64,000 nt of DNA from an uncultured beta proteobacterium (GTDB lineage: Bacteria; Pseudomonadota; Gammaproteobacteria; Burkholderiales; SG8-39), in the NCBI GenBank assembly GCA_963754305.1, contig CAVWFR010000011.1, positions 194,505 to 258,504 on the forward strand, written 5' to 3'. Numbering within the stretch: position 1 is the first letter of the stretch; every line of letters begins with the position of its first letter. The notes beneath the pieces are model-generated. The model saw nothing but the letters and a program-made list of their open reading frames with translations, was not told where the DNA came from and ran no database searches. Positions 8,844 to 18,778 of this stretch are shown here, piece after piece. A program made the position numbers and the translations under genes.

Positions 8844-9716
8844 ATGAAGCGCATCGTGCTCTTCGTCCTGACGAACATCGCCGTGCTGGCGGTGTTAACC
8901 ATCGTGCTCAAGGTGCTCGGCCTCGACCAGGCAGTCTCGCAGCAGGGCATCCAGTTCGGACAGCTGCTCGCCTTCTCGGCGGTCGTCGGTTTCACCGGCG
9001 CGATCATCTCGCTCCTCATCTCGAAGCCGATGGCGAAGTGGTCAACCGGCGCGCAGATCATCGACGGCTCGGAAGGCACGACCCAGCACTGGCTCGTCGA
9101 GACGGTGCGCCGGCTCTCCCAGCGGGCCGGCATCGGCATGCCCGAAGTCGCGGTCTACGAGGGCGAGCCCAACGCGTTCGCAACCGGGGCGTTCAAGAAC
9201 TCGGCGCTGGTCGCCGTCTCGAGCGGGCTGCTGCAGTCGATGAGCCAGGAGGAGGTCGAGGCGGTGCTCGGCCACGAGGTCGCGCACGTCGCGAACGGCG
9301 ACATGGTGACGATGACGCTCATCCAGGGGGTGGTGAACACCTTCGTCGTGTTCCTGTCCAGGATCGTCGGTTCGATCGTGGACCGGGCCGTCTTCAAGAG
9401 CGAGCGCGGCACCGGACCCGGCTACTTCATCACCGTGATGATCTGCCAGGTGGTGTTCGGGCTGCTCGCTTCGATCATCGTCGCGTGGTTCTCGCGCCAG
9501 CGCGAGTTCCGCGCCGACCGCGGCTCGGCCGATTACCTCGGCAACCCGCGGCCGATGATGAGCGCGCTCGCGCGCCTCGGCGGGCTCGAGCCCGGCGCGC
9601 TGCCGGAGTCGATCAAGGCGATGGGGATCAACGACCGCCCGGGCTGGATGGCGCTCTTCTCGACCCATCCGCCGATCGAGCAACGCATCGCGGCGCTCCA
9701 GTCCCTGAGCAAATAA
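8844..9716 (+). CDS. htpX: Protease HtpX (M48 zinc metalloprotease)
   Basis: [32 protein letters not shown]; GGAGG RBS. Confidence 0.97.
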   Translation: MKRIVLFVLTNIAVLAVLTIVLKVLGLDQAVSQQGIQFGQLLAFSAVVGFTGAIISLLISKPMAKWSTGAQIIDGSEGTTQHWLVETVRRLSQRAGIGMPEVAVYEGEPNAFATGAFKNSALVAVSSGLLQSMSQEEVEAVLGHEVAHVANGDMVTMTLIQGVVNTFVVFLSRIVGSIVDRAVFKSERGTGPGYFITVMICQVVFGLLASIIVAWFSRQREFRADRGSADYLGNPRPMMSALARLGGLEPGALPESIKAMGINDRPGWMALFSTHPPIEQRIAALQSLSK

Positions 9717-9728
9717 GGCGCACGAGCC

Positions 9729-10346
9729 ATGATCGATTTCTACACCGCCGGCACCAGCAACGGCCATCGCGCCGCAATCGCCCTCGAGGAGTCCGGCCTG
9801 CCTTACCGGGCCCATAAGCTCAATCTCATGGCGGGCGATCAGAAGAAGCCGGAGTACCTGGCGATCAATCCCGCCGGTGCGATCCCGGCGATCGTCGATC
9901 ACGAGGGGCCCGGCGGCAAGCCGCTCGCACTCGCCCAGTCCGGCGCGATCGCGCTCTATCTCGCGGAGAAGAGCGGGCGCATGCTGCCCCAGGATCCGGC
10001 CCGCAAGGCCGCCGCCCTCAACTGGCTGATGCACGCCTGCACCGACTGCGCGGTGACCGGCGGCGCGCTCTTCCAGCTCAACAGCGCCGCGCCGGAGAAA
10101 TCGCCGGCGAACATCGCGTTCTTCGAGCAGCGGCTCGTCAACCTCGTCGGCGTATGCGAGCCGCGCCTCGCCGGGCGCGAGTATCTCGCCGACGAGTTCT
10201 CGGTCGCCGACATCGCTCTGTACCCGATCGTGAATCAGCGTCGGGCCGCGTTCGAGCAGGCCGGGAAGTTTCCCCACCTGCTGGCATGGCTCGCGCGCGT
10301 CGGGGCGCGGCCGGCGGTAGCCAAGGGCATGCAGGTCTCGGTCTAA
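9729..10346 (+). CDS. Glutathione S-transferase (YfcG/Nu-like)
   Basis: MIDFY..TSNG, INP.G.IPA, QSGAI..YLAEK, FSVADI. Confidence 0.92.
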   Translation: MIDFYTAGTSNGHRAAIALEESGLPYRAHKLNLMAGDQKKPEYLAINPAGAIPAIVDHEGPGGKPLALAQSGAIALYLAEKSGRMLPQDPARKAAALNWLMHACTDCAVTGGALFQLNSAAPEKSPANIAFFEQRLVNLVGVCEPRLAGREYLADEFSVADIALYPIVNQRRAAFEQAGKFPHLLAWLARVGARPAVAKGMQVSV

Positions 10347-10521
10347 CCCTTCCTGCTACCCCTTCCCTTCCGTCTTCCGGGCTACACCCTCGGGTTGAAG
10401 ACACCTCCGCGTCCGATTCCTAGACTCGATTACGGTCGTCCAGCACGCCGGGGCATCGTGGGCCCTTGCCGTTCGATGACCGGCCCTCCCGGTGTCACGG
10501 ATCCTCGCCAGCCGGCTCGTC

Positions 10522-12024
10522 ATGTTCATCGCATGGATTTACAAACGCTGGGGCGCGGCGGTGCTGCTCGCTCTCGTCAGCCTGCCGGCATTCGCCGGCA
10601 CGACCGAGTCATTCACTTTCCGCGCAAAGGATTACGCCGGGTCGCGTGACCGCCAGTACAAAGTCTACGTTCCCGATGGTCTCAGCGGTCCTGCCCCGAT
10701 GGTCATGGCGCTGCACGGGTGCCAGCAAACGAATGACGACGTCCTGCGCGATTGGGGGTTGACTGCAGCCGCCGATCGCTTCGGCTTCATCCTGGTTGCC
10801 CCGTTTATCACCAGCTACGACGGGCTGCGCAATACCAACTGCTGGGGCTTCTGGTTCGACGCCCACCGGCACGAAGGCAGGGGCGAGCCGGAGGACCTGC
10901 ATCAGATCGCCCGCGAGGTCGAGTCCCGCCGCAACGTGGATCCGGCGCGCCGTTACATCACCGGCCTGTCGTCCGGTGCCGCGATGAGCGTGGTCGCGGC
11001 CACCACGCACAACGAGTACTGGGCCGCCGCAGCCAGCGCGGCGGGCCTCCCCTACGGCGAGGATGCGGCGTCGGTGTCGCTATCGGGCCAGTGTCCCGGC
11101 ATGGCGACCTTCCATTCCGTCGACCGCATCGCGGCCGACATGCGTACCGAACTGGACGATCGCTACGCGATTCCCTTGATGGTGCTGCAGAACGACCGCG
11201 ACTGCACCGTCGTTCAGCCGGCCGGCCGCAATCTCCGCGACGCGCATTTGCGCGTGTTCGGCGATGCAGCCCACGACACCCCGGCCGAGGCCCGCGCGAC
11301 GCAGCGCGCCTGCACACCGGTAGCTGGCGAGGACTACGGCTGCCAGCAGGTGTTCTACACCGTCGATGGCCGGAGCGGCAGCCGCTCGCTGGTGGAGACG
11401 GTGTTCTACAGCGGGCCGCTCGTCACGCCGAACACCGCCGACACCGATCGCGGGCATTACTGGATCGGCGGCGAGAACGGCAACAACGGCCGGTGGTCGC
11501 TCTCGCGCGGACCGAGCTACCCGGACATCGTCTGGGATTTTTTCTCGCGCCACCCGCGCGGCGGCGCCACGCCTGGGGGTCTTCCCCAAATCCGACTCAA
11601 CGGCGACAATCCGTTGCAGATCAACGTGGGGCAGGCGTTCGTCGATCCCGGCGCGACCGCGACCGACCCAGAGGACGGCAACCTCCCGGTGAGAGCCGAC
11701 TGCACCAGTGTCGATCCGAGCCGTGCGGGCCGCTATAGCTGCACGTACAGCACCACCGATAGCGCGGGGAACACCGTTTCGGCGACCCGCAGCGTGGTGG
11801 TCTTGGACCCGGCCGCTCCGGTCTGCGCGACGGCCACTGACTCGCCCGCGACGCACGTCGCCGCCCGGCGCGCCGAGGCCGGCGGCTGGTTCAACCTTCG
11901 TGCGTTGTCCACCGGCGACCGGCAGGACATCGGTTTCGCGTGGGACGTCTGGTCGCGCGTCACACTTTACGAAGGCACGCCGGGGCGCTGGTATGCGCGC
12001 CGGCCCGACGGTTGTACGCGTTGA
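10522..12024 (+). CDS. Secreted PHB/PHA depolymerase-family esterase with Ig-like (DUF5011) linker and C-terminal substrate-binding domain
   Basis: Signal peptide; LHGCQQ oxyanion region; GLSSG lipase box; GHYW; LNGDNP..DPGATATDPEDG Ig-like repeat; Cys-bounded C-terminal domain. Confidence 0.85.
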   Translation: MFIAWIYKRWGAAVLLALVSLPAFAGTTESFTFRAKDYAGSRDRQYKVYVPDGLSGPAPMVMALHGCQQTNDDVLRDWGLTAAADRFGFILVAPFITSYDGLRNTNCWGFWFDAHRHEGRGEPEDLHQIAREVESRRNVDPARRYITGLSSGAAMSVVAATTHNEYWAAAASAAGLPYGEDAASVSLSGQCPGMATFHSVDRIAADMRTELDDRYAIPLMVLQNDRDCTVVQPAGRNLRDAHLRVFGDAAHDTPAEARATQRACTPVAGEDYGCQQVFYTVDGRSGSRSLVETVFYSGPLVTPNTADTDRGHYWIGGENGNNGRWSLSRGPSYPDIVWDFFSRHPRGGATPGGLPQIRLNGDNPLQINVGQAFVDPGATATDPEDGNLPVRADCTSVDPSRAGRYSCTYSTTDSAGNTVSATRSVVVLDPAAPVCATATDSPATHVAARRAEAGGWFNLRALSTGDRQDIGFAWDVWSRVTLYEGTPGRWYARRPDGCTR

Positions 12025-12078
12025 GGTACCGCTGCCGCCTCCGGGCGGCGATGACGAACTGACACACAGGGAGTGCGT

Positions 12079-12513
12079 ATGTATCCATGGCTCTGGATCT
12101 GGGCGCCGACGTTTCACTTTCCGTTCAGCGGCAGTGTCGCGCAGGAGATCGCGCCGGACACCGACTGGTTTTTCGATGCCATTCCCCCCGCGGCAGGTGA
12201 CGGGCGTCTCGAGCAGAAGATCGTCGAAGTCGCGTCCTACGGTCGACAGCTCGGGCTGATCAGCGAGATCGTGCTTGCGCTTGCCGATGGCAAGGACGTG
12301 AAGGAGGGCGAGGCTCGCCAAGCGCTCGAGCGCCTAAAGGCGATCGACGCCGAGATCGAAGCGATCAAAGTCGCGGACAACGCACGGGTTGCGGAGGCGG
12401 CGATCGTCCTCCTGCGCAAACTCGGCAAGAGCGATCGGGCGCAACTGCACCGGGTGCTCGAGCTCGTGAGCGCGGAGCCGCCTCAGATCGCGTATGTAGA
12501 CGCGGCGAAGTGA
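12079..12513 (+). CDS. Hypothetical protein
   Basis: GGGAG RBS; protein-like ORF (..VASYGRQLG..). Confidence 0.7.
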   Translation: MYPWLWIWAPTFHFPFSGSVAQEIAPDTDWFFDAIPPAAGDGRLEQKIVEVASYGRQLGLISEIVLALADGKDVKEGEARQALERLKAIDAEIEAIKVADNARVAEAAIVLLRKLGKSDRAQLHRVLELVSAEPPQIAYVDAAK

Positions 12514-12714
12514 GTGTTGCCGCGGCAGCGATGTTGAGCGAGTCGCAGCGGAGCAGCTACCGTGGGGTCCCAGCCGTCGTGATCGTCGGCGGTCGCCTCG
12601 CGCTCTTCGGTGGCGGCCATCTTGTCAAACAGCGTCAGCCCGAGGCCGCGCCGGCGTCGAGACCAAGGGATCGGCTTGCCCTCGGCAGACGCGGATCGTT
12701 CCGGCGCCAGCTCC

Positions 12715-12770
12715 CGTCCCGGCGAACGCCGGGATCCAGAGCATAGGCCCTGGCTTTCGCCGGGGCGACG
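12715..12770. repeat. REP-like inverted doublet downstream of the Bug gene
   Basis: cccggcgaacgccgggatccag ... ccctggctttcgccggggcgacg. Confidence 0.6.
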
Positions 12771-13709
12771 TCACTCCTGCTTGAGCCCGAGCTCCTTCAC
12801 GAGCTTGCCCTTGAGCTCGTAGTCCGCCGCGAGCCGCTGCGCGAACGCCGCGCCGGTCATGAACACGACCGGCTGGTTCAGTTTGTGCGCCTGCTCGCGG
12901 AAGGCCGCCGACTGCGTCGCCTGCTCGCACGCACGCTCCAGCGTGTCGAGTACGGGGCGCGGGGTCCCGCGCGGCGCATAGATCCCGTTGAGCCCCGGCG
13001 GTATGTACGCGAAGCCAAGCTCGGTGACCGCGGGGGCGTTCGGCTCGCCCGGGTGGCGCTTGTCGCTGAACACCGCGAGCACGCGTAACCCCCGCCCCGA
13101 GATCGACGAGATCGCCGGCACCGCGAACGCGAGCTCGCCGCCTAGGAGCTGCGGCAGCATCGGGCCATCGCCGCGATACGGCACCTGCGTCACCTCCACC
13201 TTCGCGGCGGAGGCGAGCGCGGCCATCGAGAGGTGCGGCAGCGTGCCAAGGCCAGCATGGCCGTAGGTGAGCTTGCCCGGCTGCGCGCGCGCCGCGTCGA
13301 CCAGCTCACCGAGCGTCTTGTAGGGCGAGGCCTGCGTCACGGCGACCGCAAACACGTTTTCGAACACTTGGCACACCGGCACGAACGACTCGAACCCGTA
13401 CGACAGGTTCTTCATGACGTGCGGCGAGTTGGTGATCGGCGTCGAGGGCGAGAACGCCAGCGTGTAGCCGTCTGGCTTGGCCGCGGCGACCGCGCCGAAG
13501 CCGATGGTGCCCGCGGCGCCATCGCGGTTCACCAGCACAAAGGATTGACCGAGGATCCGGCCGAGCTCAGCGGAGAACGCGCGGCCCATCGCGTCGACCC
13601 CACCGCCGGCCGCGTACGGCAGGACGACCTGCACCGGCCGATCGGGATAGCGTTCCTGCGCAAAGGCGGACCCCGCGCAAGCGAGCAGTACGACGATCAG
13701 GCTACGCAT
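12771..13709 (-). CDS. Bug/TctC tripartite tricarboxylate transporter substrate-binding protein
   Basis: Signal peptide, YPDRPV..PYAAGGG.D, GAAGTIG, PDGYTL, VPYRG. Confidence 0.93.
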   Translation of the reverse strand: MRSLIVVLLACAGSAFAQERYPDRPVQVVLPYAAGGGVDAMGRAFSAELGRILGQSFVLVNRDGAAGTIGFGAVAAAKPDGYTLAFSPSTPITNSPHVMKNLSYGFESFVPVCQVFENVFAVAVTQASPYKTLGELVDAARAQPGKLTYGHAGLGTLPHLSMAALASAAKVEVTQVPYRGDGPMLPQLLGGELAFAVPAISSISGRGLRVLAVFSDKRHPGEPNAPAVTELGFAYIPPGLNGIYAPRGTPRPVLDTLERACEQATQSAAFREQAHKLNQPVVFMTGAAFAQRLAADYELKGKLVKELGLKQE

Positions 13710-13848
13710 CGCTCTCCTCTAGCTGCCGCTTAGGAAGGGGGTCGGGAATAGCGGCGGTCGGGCATCTCGAGGCGGTTACGCCGCCAACCCCCGGCTCATC
13801 CGTTCGTCCGAGCGGGCGCGCTCCCCCCTCGGCACTGAGGTGTCGGCG

Positions 13849-14138
13849 TCAGCCGCCGAGCTCCACGATAACCTTCCCGATCGCGCCCTCCTCCACCGCG
13901 AGATGCGCGCCGGCGTGACGCTCGGGCGGAAACGAATGGTAGCGCGGATGAACTGCGCCGCGGTTCCGAGCGGGCGCTGCCAGCCGGTGCTATGCAGCCA
14001 GACGCGCGCTCCTATCCGCCTGCCGTCGACGCCGGCGCCCACCTTGTCGATCGTCCCCGCGCCGTCGTTGTTCGGCACCGCCCAGGGGAACGCAAGCCGC
14101 TGGTTGCCGAAACCGGCGCGCCGCTTCACGTCCGGGTT
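13849..14138 (-). pseudogene. NADPH:quinone reductase (MDR family) relic with a large internal deletion
   Basis: NPDVKRRAG..P.NDGAGTIDKVGAGV..RIGARVW..GTAAQF (N-terminal part) joined out of frame to AHLAVEEGAIGKVIVELGG* (C-terminus). Confidence 0.75.
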
Positions 14139-14284
14139 CGAGAAGTTCGCGGACCTCTTTCACCAGCGCTTGAAGGTGCTTTTTCCGGACCGCGTCCTGT
14201 GACAGTGCTCCGGCAGCGTTCCCGGGGTCGGCTGACCGCCTGGAGCCGGTGCTTCGAGGTCCAGGCGGTCCCGATCCAGCCGCT

Positions 14285-15508
14285 TCACCGCGGCATCCAC
14301 AGCCGCTGCGTCACCGCCAGTTCTCCGATGCGGCGGCCCATCGCGGCGCCGACTTCGGTGGCGCTGCGGTAATGGATGCCGGCGTAGATGCGGGCCTCCG
14401 ACACTTCCCGCACGAAATCGTCGGTGCTCGTCCAGCGCCGCGCCGCGCCGTTCGCGGTCGGGCTGCTCGTCGTCAACACCGGGATCGGACCGTCGCCGAT
14501 CTCCGCTTCCAGCACTGCACAGACGGCCCCCGCGAGGATGCTGTGCCCGCTCGGATACTCGGGGTGCATCGGCGCGTCGATGAGGGGCGCCCACGACCCT
14601 TCCCGTTCGGTTGCCGCATTGCCGTCGATGTCGCCGTTGCGGATCGCGGTGGCCGGGCGCCAGAAGTTGTAGTGGTACTTGGCGTCGAAGACCGCGATCA
14701 TCGCATCGTCCATCGCCTGCGCCACCGCCGCGAACAGGCGGGCGTTCTGCGCTACCTCGCGCCCCGGCATACGGGCGACCGAATGCACCACCCCGTAATA
14801 GATCGGCGGCAGCGAGTACTCCCAGAAGTTGGCGATGTCGGTCTGCTCGGGGCTACGGCGCGTGCTCACCTTGCCGCCGAGCGCCTTGACCTCGTTGTAC
14901 TCGCGCGCCCAGGCATCGCTCGCCAGCGCCGGCGGCGGACCCGGGCGGAACTGGGTCGAGCTCGTCATCAGCCACGGCTTACGCTGCGACCACTGCGGGA
15001 CCGCCGGTGCCGCCGTGGGTACGTAGGCCCCGGCCGTGGTGTGCGGCCGATACGCCGGCGTCGCAGCGGCACCGTCGTCGGCGCGCGAGGCGAGGACCGC
15101 AGCCGCGGCCCTCTCTCCGACGGAGATGCCCGCTGCCTTTGCCGGGCCCTCGGCGATCCTCGCCAGTGCTGCCTGGTAGGCCGCGTCGATCGCCGCCTGC
15201 TGCGACGGGATGAGCTTCGCAAGCGTGACCCGGTTGGCCGCGGCGACCGCGGCATCGACCGAGGCGCCGCGCAGGCTTGGGGCTGCGTCGCGCCAGGCAC
15301 CGGTAGTCACCGCCTCATGGACGGCCGTCTGCACGATGGCTATCACCCGGACGGCCGGTGGCGTTCCGAGCTTCGACTCGACGACGATTTCGCCGGCCTT
15401 GATGTTCCAGTCGGTGATCACGTCGGCGTTCGCGTTGATCGCCGGAGCGGCGAGCAATGCTGCCGCCAGGGTGATGCGCATTGCGTGGACTCGTGTTGCG
15501 TTTTGCAT
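14285..15508 (-). CDS. Secreted vanadium-dependent haloperoxidase / PAP2 acid phosphatase superfamily protein
   Basis: AAAGGA RBS; signal peptide; KYHYNFWRP, HPEYPSGH, SEARIYAGIHY. Confidence 0.87.
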   Translation of the reverse strand: MQNATRVHAMRITLAAALLAAPAINANADVITDWNIKAGEIVVESKLGTPPAVRVIAIVQTAVHEAVTTGAWRDAAPSLRGASVDAAVAAANRVTLAKLIPSQQAAIDAAYQAALARIAEGPAKAAGISVGERAAAAVLASRADDGAAATPAYRPHTTAGAYVPTAAPAVPQWSQRKPWLMTSSTQFRPGPPPALASDAWAREYNEVKALGGKVSTRRSPEQTDIANFWEYSLPPIYYGVVHSVARMPGREVAQNARLFAAVAQAMDDAMIAVFDAKYHYNFWRPATAIRNGDIDGNAATEREGSWAPLIDAPMHPEYPSGHSILAGAVCAVLEAEIGDGPIPVLTTSSPTANGAARRWTSTDDFVREVSEARIYAGIHYRSATEVGAAMGRRIGELAVTQRLWMPR

Positions 15509-15552
15509 GATCGTTCCTTTCCTGATCAAGTGATTGGATCGGTGGCGCGCGC

Positions 15553-16386
15553 TCAGCGTTTGGTGATGACGACTTCGAGGTACTCGCTCGGCACGACCAG
15601 CGATGCCGCACCCGCGATGTTCATCTGCTCGAGCAGCGTCGTGATGTCGCGCTCCAGCGCCTGACTGGCTATCCCCTCGAGCGCGGCGAAGGCCTTGTGC
15701 GTCGGGCCGTAGAAATCGCGGAATACCTGCACCCAATGCGCGGCCGAGCGGTAGCGGAAACTGAACATGCGCCGCTCGCAACGGATCTGCGTCGCCTGCG
15801 CGCCGAACAGCTCGACGATGTGCGGCTCGGTGCCCCACAGGGCCGGCGACTTCAACCCTGCCGGCGGCGGCAGGTGGGCGCCGATCACTTTGAACAGCCG
15901 GCCGATGAACCCTTCGGGCGTCCAGTTCGCCATGCCGATGCGACCGCCGTCGCGCAGCACGCGAAGCATCTCGCGGGCGGTGCGGCCGTGGTCGGGGGTG
16001 AACATTGCGCCGAAGGTCGACAGCACGACGTCGAAGCTCGCGTCGGGGAACGGCAGTTCTTCGGCGTCGGCGGCCCGGAACTCGACCGACAGCCCCTCGG
16101 CCCGCGCGCGCTCGCGGCCCTTGTCGAGCAGGGCCTGCACGTAGTCGGTCGAAGTGACCTCGGCGAAGCGGCGTGCCGCGGCGAGCGTCGCATTGCCGTT
16201 GCCGGCGGCCACGTCGAGGACGCGCTCGCCGGCGCGCACGTCGACGGCCTCGGCCAGCGACTCGCCGACGATCTGCAAGGTGGTACCGATGACCGCGAAG
16301 TCGCCGCTGGCCCAGGTCGCCTGCTGGCGCTGCTTGATCGCGGCGAAGTCGGGCGCGGCGGGGCGGGTTTCGAGAGCAAGACTCAT
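15553..16386 (-). CDS. Class I SAM-dependent methyltransferase
   Basis: VLDVAAGNG, DAEELPFPDASFD, RVLRDGG; GAGGAG RBS. Confidence 0.92.
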   Translation of the reverse strand: MSLALETRPAAPDFAAIKQRQQATWASGDFAVIGTTLQIVGESLAEAVDVRAGERVLDVAAGNGNATLAAARRFAEVTSTDYVQALLDKGRERARAEGLSVEFRAADAEELPFPDASFDVVLSTFGAMFTPDHGRTAREMLRVLRDGGRIGMANWTPEGFIGRLFKVIGAHLPPPAGLKSPALWGTEPHIVELFGAQATQIRCERRMFSFRYRSAAHWVQVFRDFYGPTHKAFAALEGIASQALERDITTLLEQMNIAGAASLVVPSEYLEVVITKR

Positions 16387-16589
16387 GGGATTCTCCTCGG
16401 GAACGGGTTGCAGCCTGCGGGGCAGGCCGGTCGACGAGAGCTACTCACGCCGACGAGCCTATTATTCGAGAGCCATGGGCATTGACGCTTCTCCCGGCGT
16501 CGTGCAGATTTGCCCGCGCGTCCGGATTTGCGGCGGCGATTGATCGTGCGTCCGCCGCGCTTGACCGAGCCTCCGCCCGCGCACCCGCG

Positions 16590-17076
16590 GTGAACCAAGA
16601 TCCACTGTCCGATGTCCTGCGCAGCGTGCGACTGCGCGGCGCGGTCTTCTGGTACGTCAGCTGTTGCGACAGATGGTGTTCGTCGATGCCGCGCGGCACT
16701 ACTTCGAGTCGCCGACGGCCGAGGCCTCGGGCTGGCTGGCTGCGCTGCGCGACCGCCACGTCGGCCGCGCAATCGCCTGATGCACGAGCGGCCCGCCGAG
16801 CCCTGGACGATAGACGACCTGAGCCGCCAGGTCGGCCTGTCGCGCTCGGCGCTGCACGAGCGTTTCGTCGAGTTGGCCGGGCAGCCGCCGATGCAGTACC
16901 TGACGAACTGGCGCATGCAGTGCGGCGCGCGCCTCCTGCGCGAAGGGGACGCCACGGTGGCGACGATCGCCCAGAAGGTCGGCTACGAGTCCGAGGCCGC
17001 CTTCGCGCGCGCCTTCAAGCGTCTGGTGGGGCAGCCCCCGGCGGTGTGGCGGCGCGCACAGCGCTTGTCGAGATAA
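16590..17076 (+). pseudogene. AraC-family regulator (cupin_6 type), internally deleted and frameshifted
   Basis: VNQDPLSDVLRSVRLRGAVFW N-terminus joined to MVFVDAARHY..GWLAALRD in another frame; further frameshift at ~16777 before LMHERPAEPWT..VGYESEAAFARAFKR. Confidence 0.85.
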
Positions 17077-17195
17077 ACCACGCGGCCCCGAGGTCAGGGG
17101 CGCCGGACGCGCGCAGAGCTGTCGGCTGCGCGCGTCACGAGGCAGCCAAAAGGCAACGACCGTCGGCCAACCGCGAACTGAACCGGCGGTGCGAT

Positions 17196-17756
17196 CTAGA
17201 AGAGATGCACCGCGGTCGGCGCGAACTGGCCGATCAGCGTGAAGGCGAGCCCGACGACCCCGAGCGCGGCGCCCAGCCATTTCAGCGCCATCACGCCGGT
17301 GATGATGGCGGCGGAGGCGAGGACGATCCCGACCTGGACCGCGCCCGAAGCGATCTCGAACTGATGATAGGCCGCGAGCGAGCGATCGCGCTTTTCCTCG
17401 GCGGCCTTGGCGCGCGCGGCGAGCTCCTTGCGGCCTTCGTTCGTCTCGGGCTCCGAGTCGTAGCGCGCCGCGGTCTTTTTCCAGGCGTCGATCTGCTTGT
17501 CGTAGGCGCCGCGGGCTTCGCCCGCCGCTGCTGCCGCGTCGAGCTGCGCCTGCTCCGCGGCGATGCGCACCGTCGTCATGCGGATCGTCTTGGCCTGAAA
17601 GAAAGCCCAGAGGTTCGACGCCTCGATGTTGTAGCTCAGCGCCGCGGTCTGCGCGCTCTTGCCGAGCGTCTCCGAGATCGCGAGCACCAGCGCGAGCAGC
17701 GCGATCAGCAGCGCGATCTTCTTGTTCGACGGATCGATGTGGCTTGCGGCGGACAT
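17196..17756 (-). CDS. DUF4337-family membrane protein
   Basis: KIALLIA.LA, ASNLWAFFQAKTIR, QVGIVLAS; GGAGG RBS. Confidence 0.8.
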   Translation of the reverse strand: MSAASHIDPSNKKIALLIALLALVLAISETLGKSAQTAALSYNIEASNLWAFFQAKTIRMTTVRIAAEQAQLDAAAAAGEARGAYDKQIDAWKKTAARYDSEPETNEGRKELAARAKAAEEKRDRSLAAYHQFEIASGAVQVGIVLASAAIITGVMALKWLGAALGVVGLAFTLIGQFAPTAVHLF

Positions 17757-18024
17757 GGCCGAGCCTCCCTGTTGGAAGAAGGCCGCCATTGTCGCCGCCG
17801 GCGCGGTTTTGCGTTCGCGCATGGACCGCTCGTTTGCCCCGCGGTGCCGCTCGTTCCCCCGGCGCTTGTATCGAGGTGCAGCAGGCGTAATCTCGCGTTG
17901 CAGGACGAGCCTCGCTGGTTCGAGGCACGTGGGTCTCCCTTACACGACATCACTCATCGGGAGAGCGGGTTGCGCCGCCGCGAGGTCGCCCCTTCGGGAC
18001 CGTGGAGATCGGTAAGCTCTAGGC

Positions 18025-18552
18025 GTGGACATCCGCGCGCTCATCCGCACCATCCCGCACCATCCCAAGCAAGGGGTGATGTTCCGCGACATCACGACCC
18101 TCATGAAGGACCCGGCGGGCTTCCGCTGGACGATCGACGCGCTGGCCGGCCGCTGCGCGGGGCGCCGCATCGACAAGGTCGCCGGGATCGAGGCGCGCGG
18201 ATTCATCGTCGCCGCTCCGATCGCCTTCGAGCTCCGCGCGGGTTTCGTGCCGCTCCGGAAACGCGGCCGGCTTCCGGCCGCTACGGTCGGCCACGACTAC
18301 GCGCTCGAGTACGGCACCGACCGCATCGAGATGCACGTCGACGCGATCGCACCGGGCGACCGGGTGCTCGTGGCCGACGACCTGATCGCCACCGGCGGCA
18401 CCGCGGAGGCGGCGGTCAAGCTGATCGAGGCAGCCGGCGGCACGGTGGTCGAATGCTGCTTCGTCATCGAGTTGGCCGAGCTGGGCGGTCGCCGCCGGCT
18501 GGAGGCGCTCGGACACACCGTGTTTGCGCTGTGCGCGTTCGAGGGGGAGTGA
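18025..18552 (+). CDS. apt: Adenine phosphoribosyltransferase
   Basis: FRDITTL, GIEARGF, LEYGTD, DDLIATGGT PRPP-binding loop. Confidence 0.97.
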   Translation: MDIRALIRTIPHHPKQGVMFRDITTLMKDPAGFRWTIDALAGRCAGRRIDKVAGIEARGFIVAAPIAFELRAGFVPLRKRGRLPAATVGHDYALEYGTDRIEMHVDAIAPGDRVLVADDLIATGGTAEAAVKLIEAAGGTVVECCFVIELAELGGRRRLEALGHTVFALCAFEGE

Positions 18553-18698
18553 CCGCGACCCCTGGACGGCGCTGATCGTCATCCGCGCCGGCACGCGGCC
18601 GCCGCGCGCCCCGCCGGAATCCCACTACACGCACCCGGCTCCCGCAGATGCAACTGCGCGGAGCGTCGCGGAGACCTTCTCCGCACTCCGCGCGCATC

Positions 18699-18724
18699 GC
18701 ATCCGCTCCCTTGAAGACGGCGTA
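18699..18724 (+). promoter_or_regulatory. Possible ECF sigma-factor promoter (GCATCC-N16-CGTA)
   Basis: Bipartite motif 55 nt upstream of the ferritin-like gene; inferred from ECF-type promoter shape only. Confidence 0.35.
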
Positions 18725-18778
18725 TGAGCGGTCGGGCATCCCGCCCCGACTGTCCCCAGTGTCTACAAGGAGAGATCC

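Noticed and set aside
16770-16785. Selenocysteine or readthrough at the TGA in the AraC relic
   Set aside because: Continuation (LMHERP) is in another frame, so this is a frameshift
17830-18024. Purine-related riboswitch before apt
   Set aside because: No conserved purine, PRPP or ZTP aptamer features recognised
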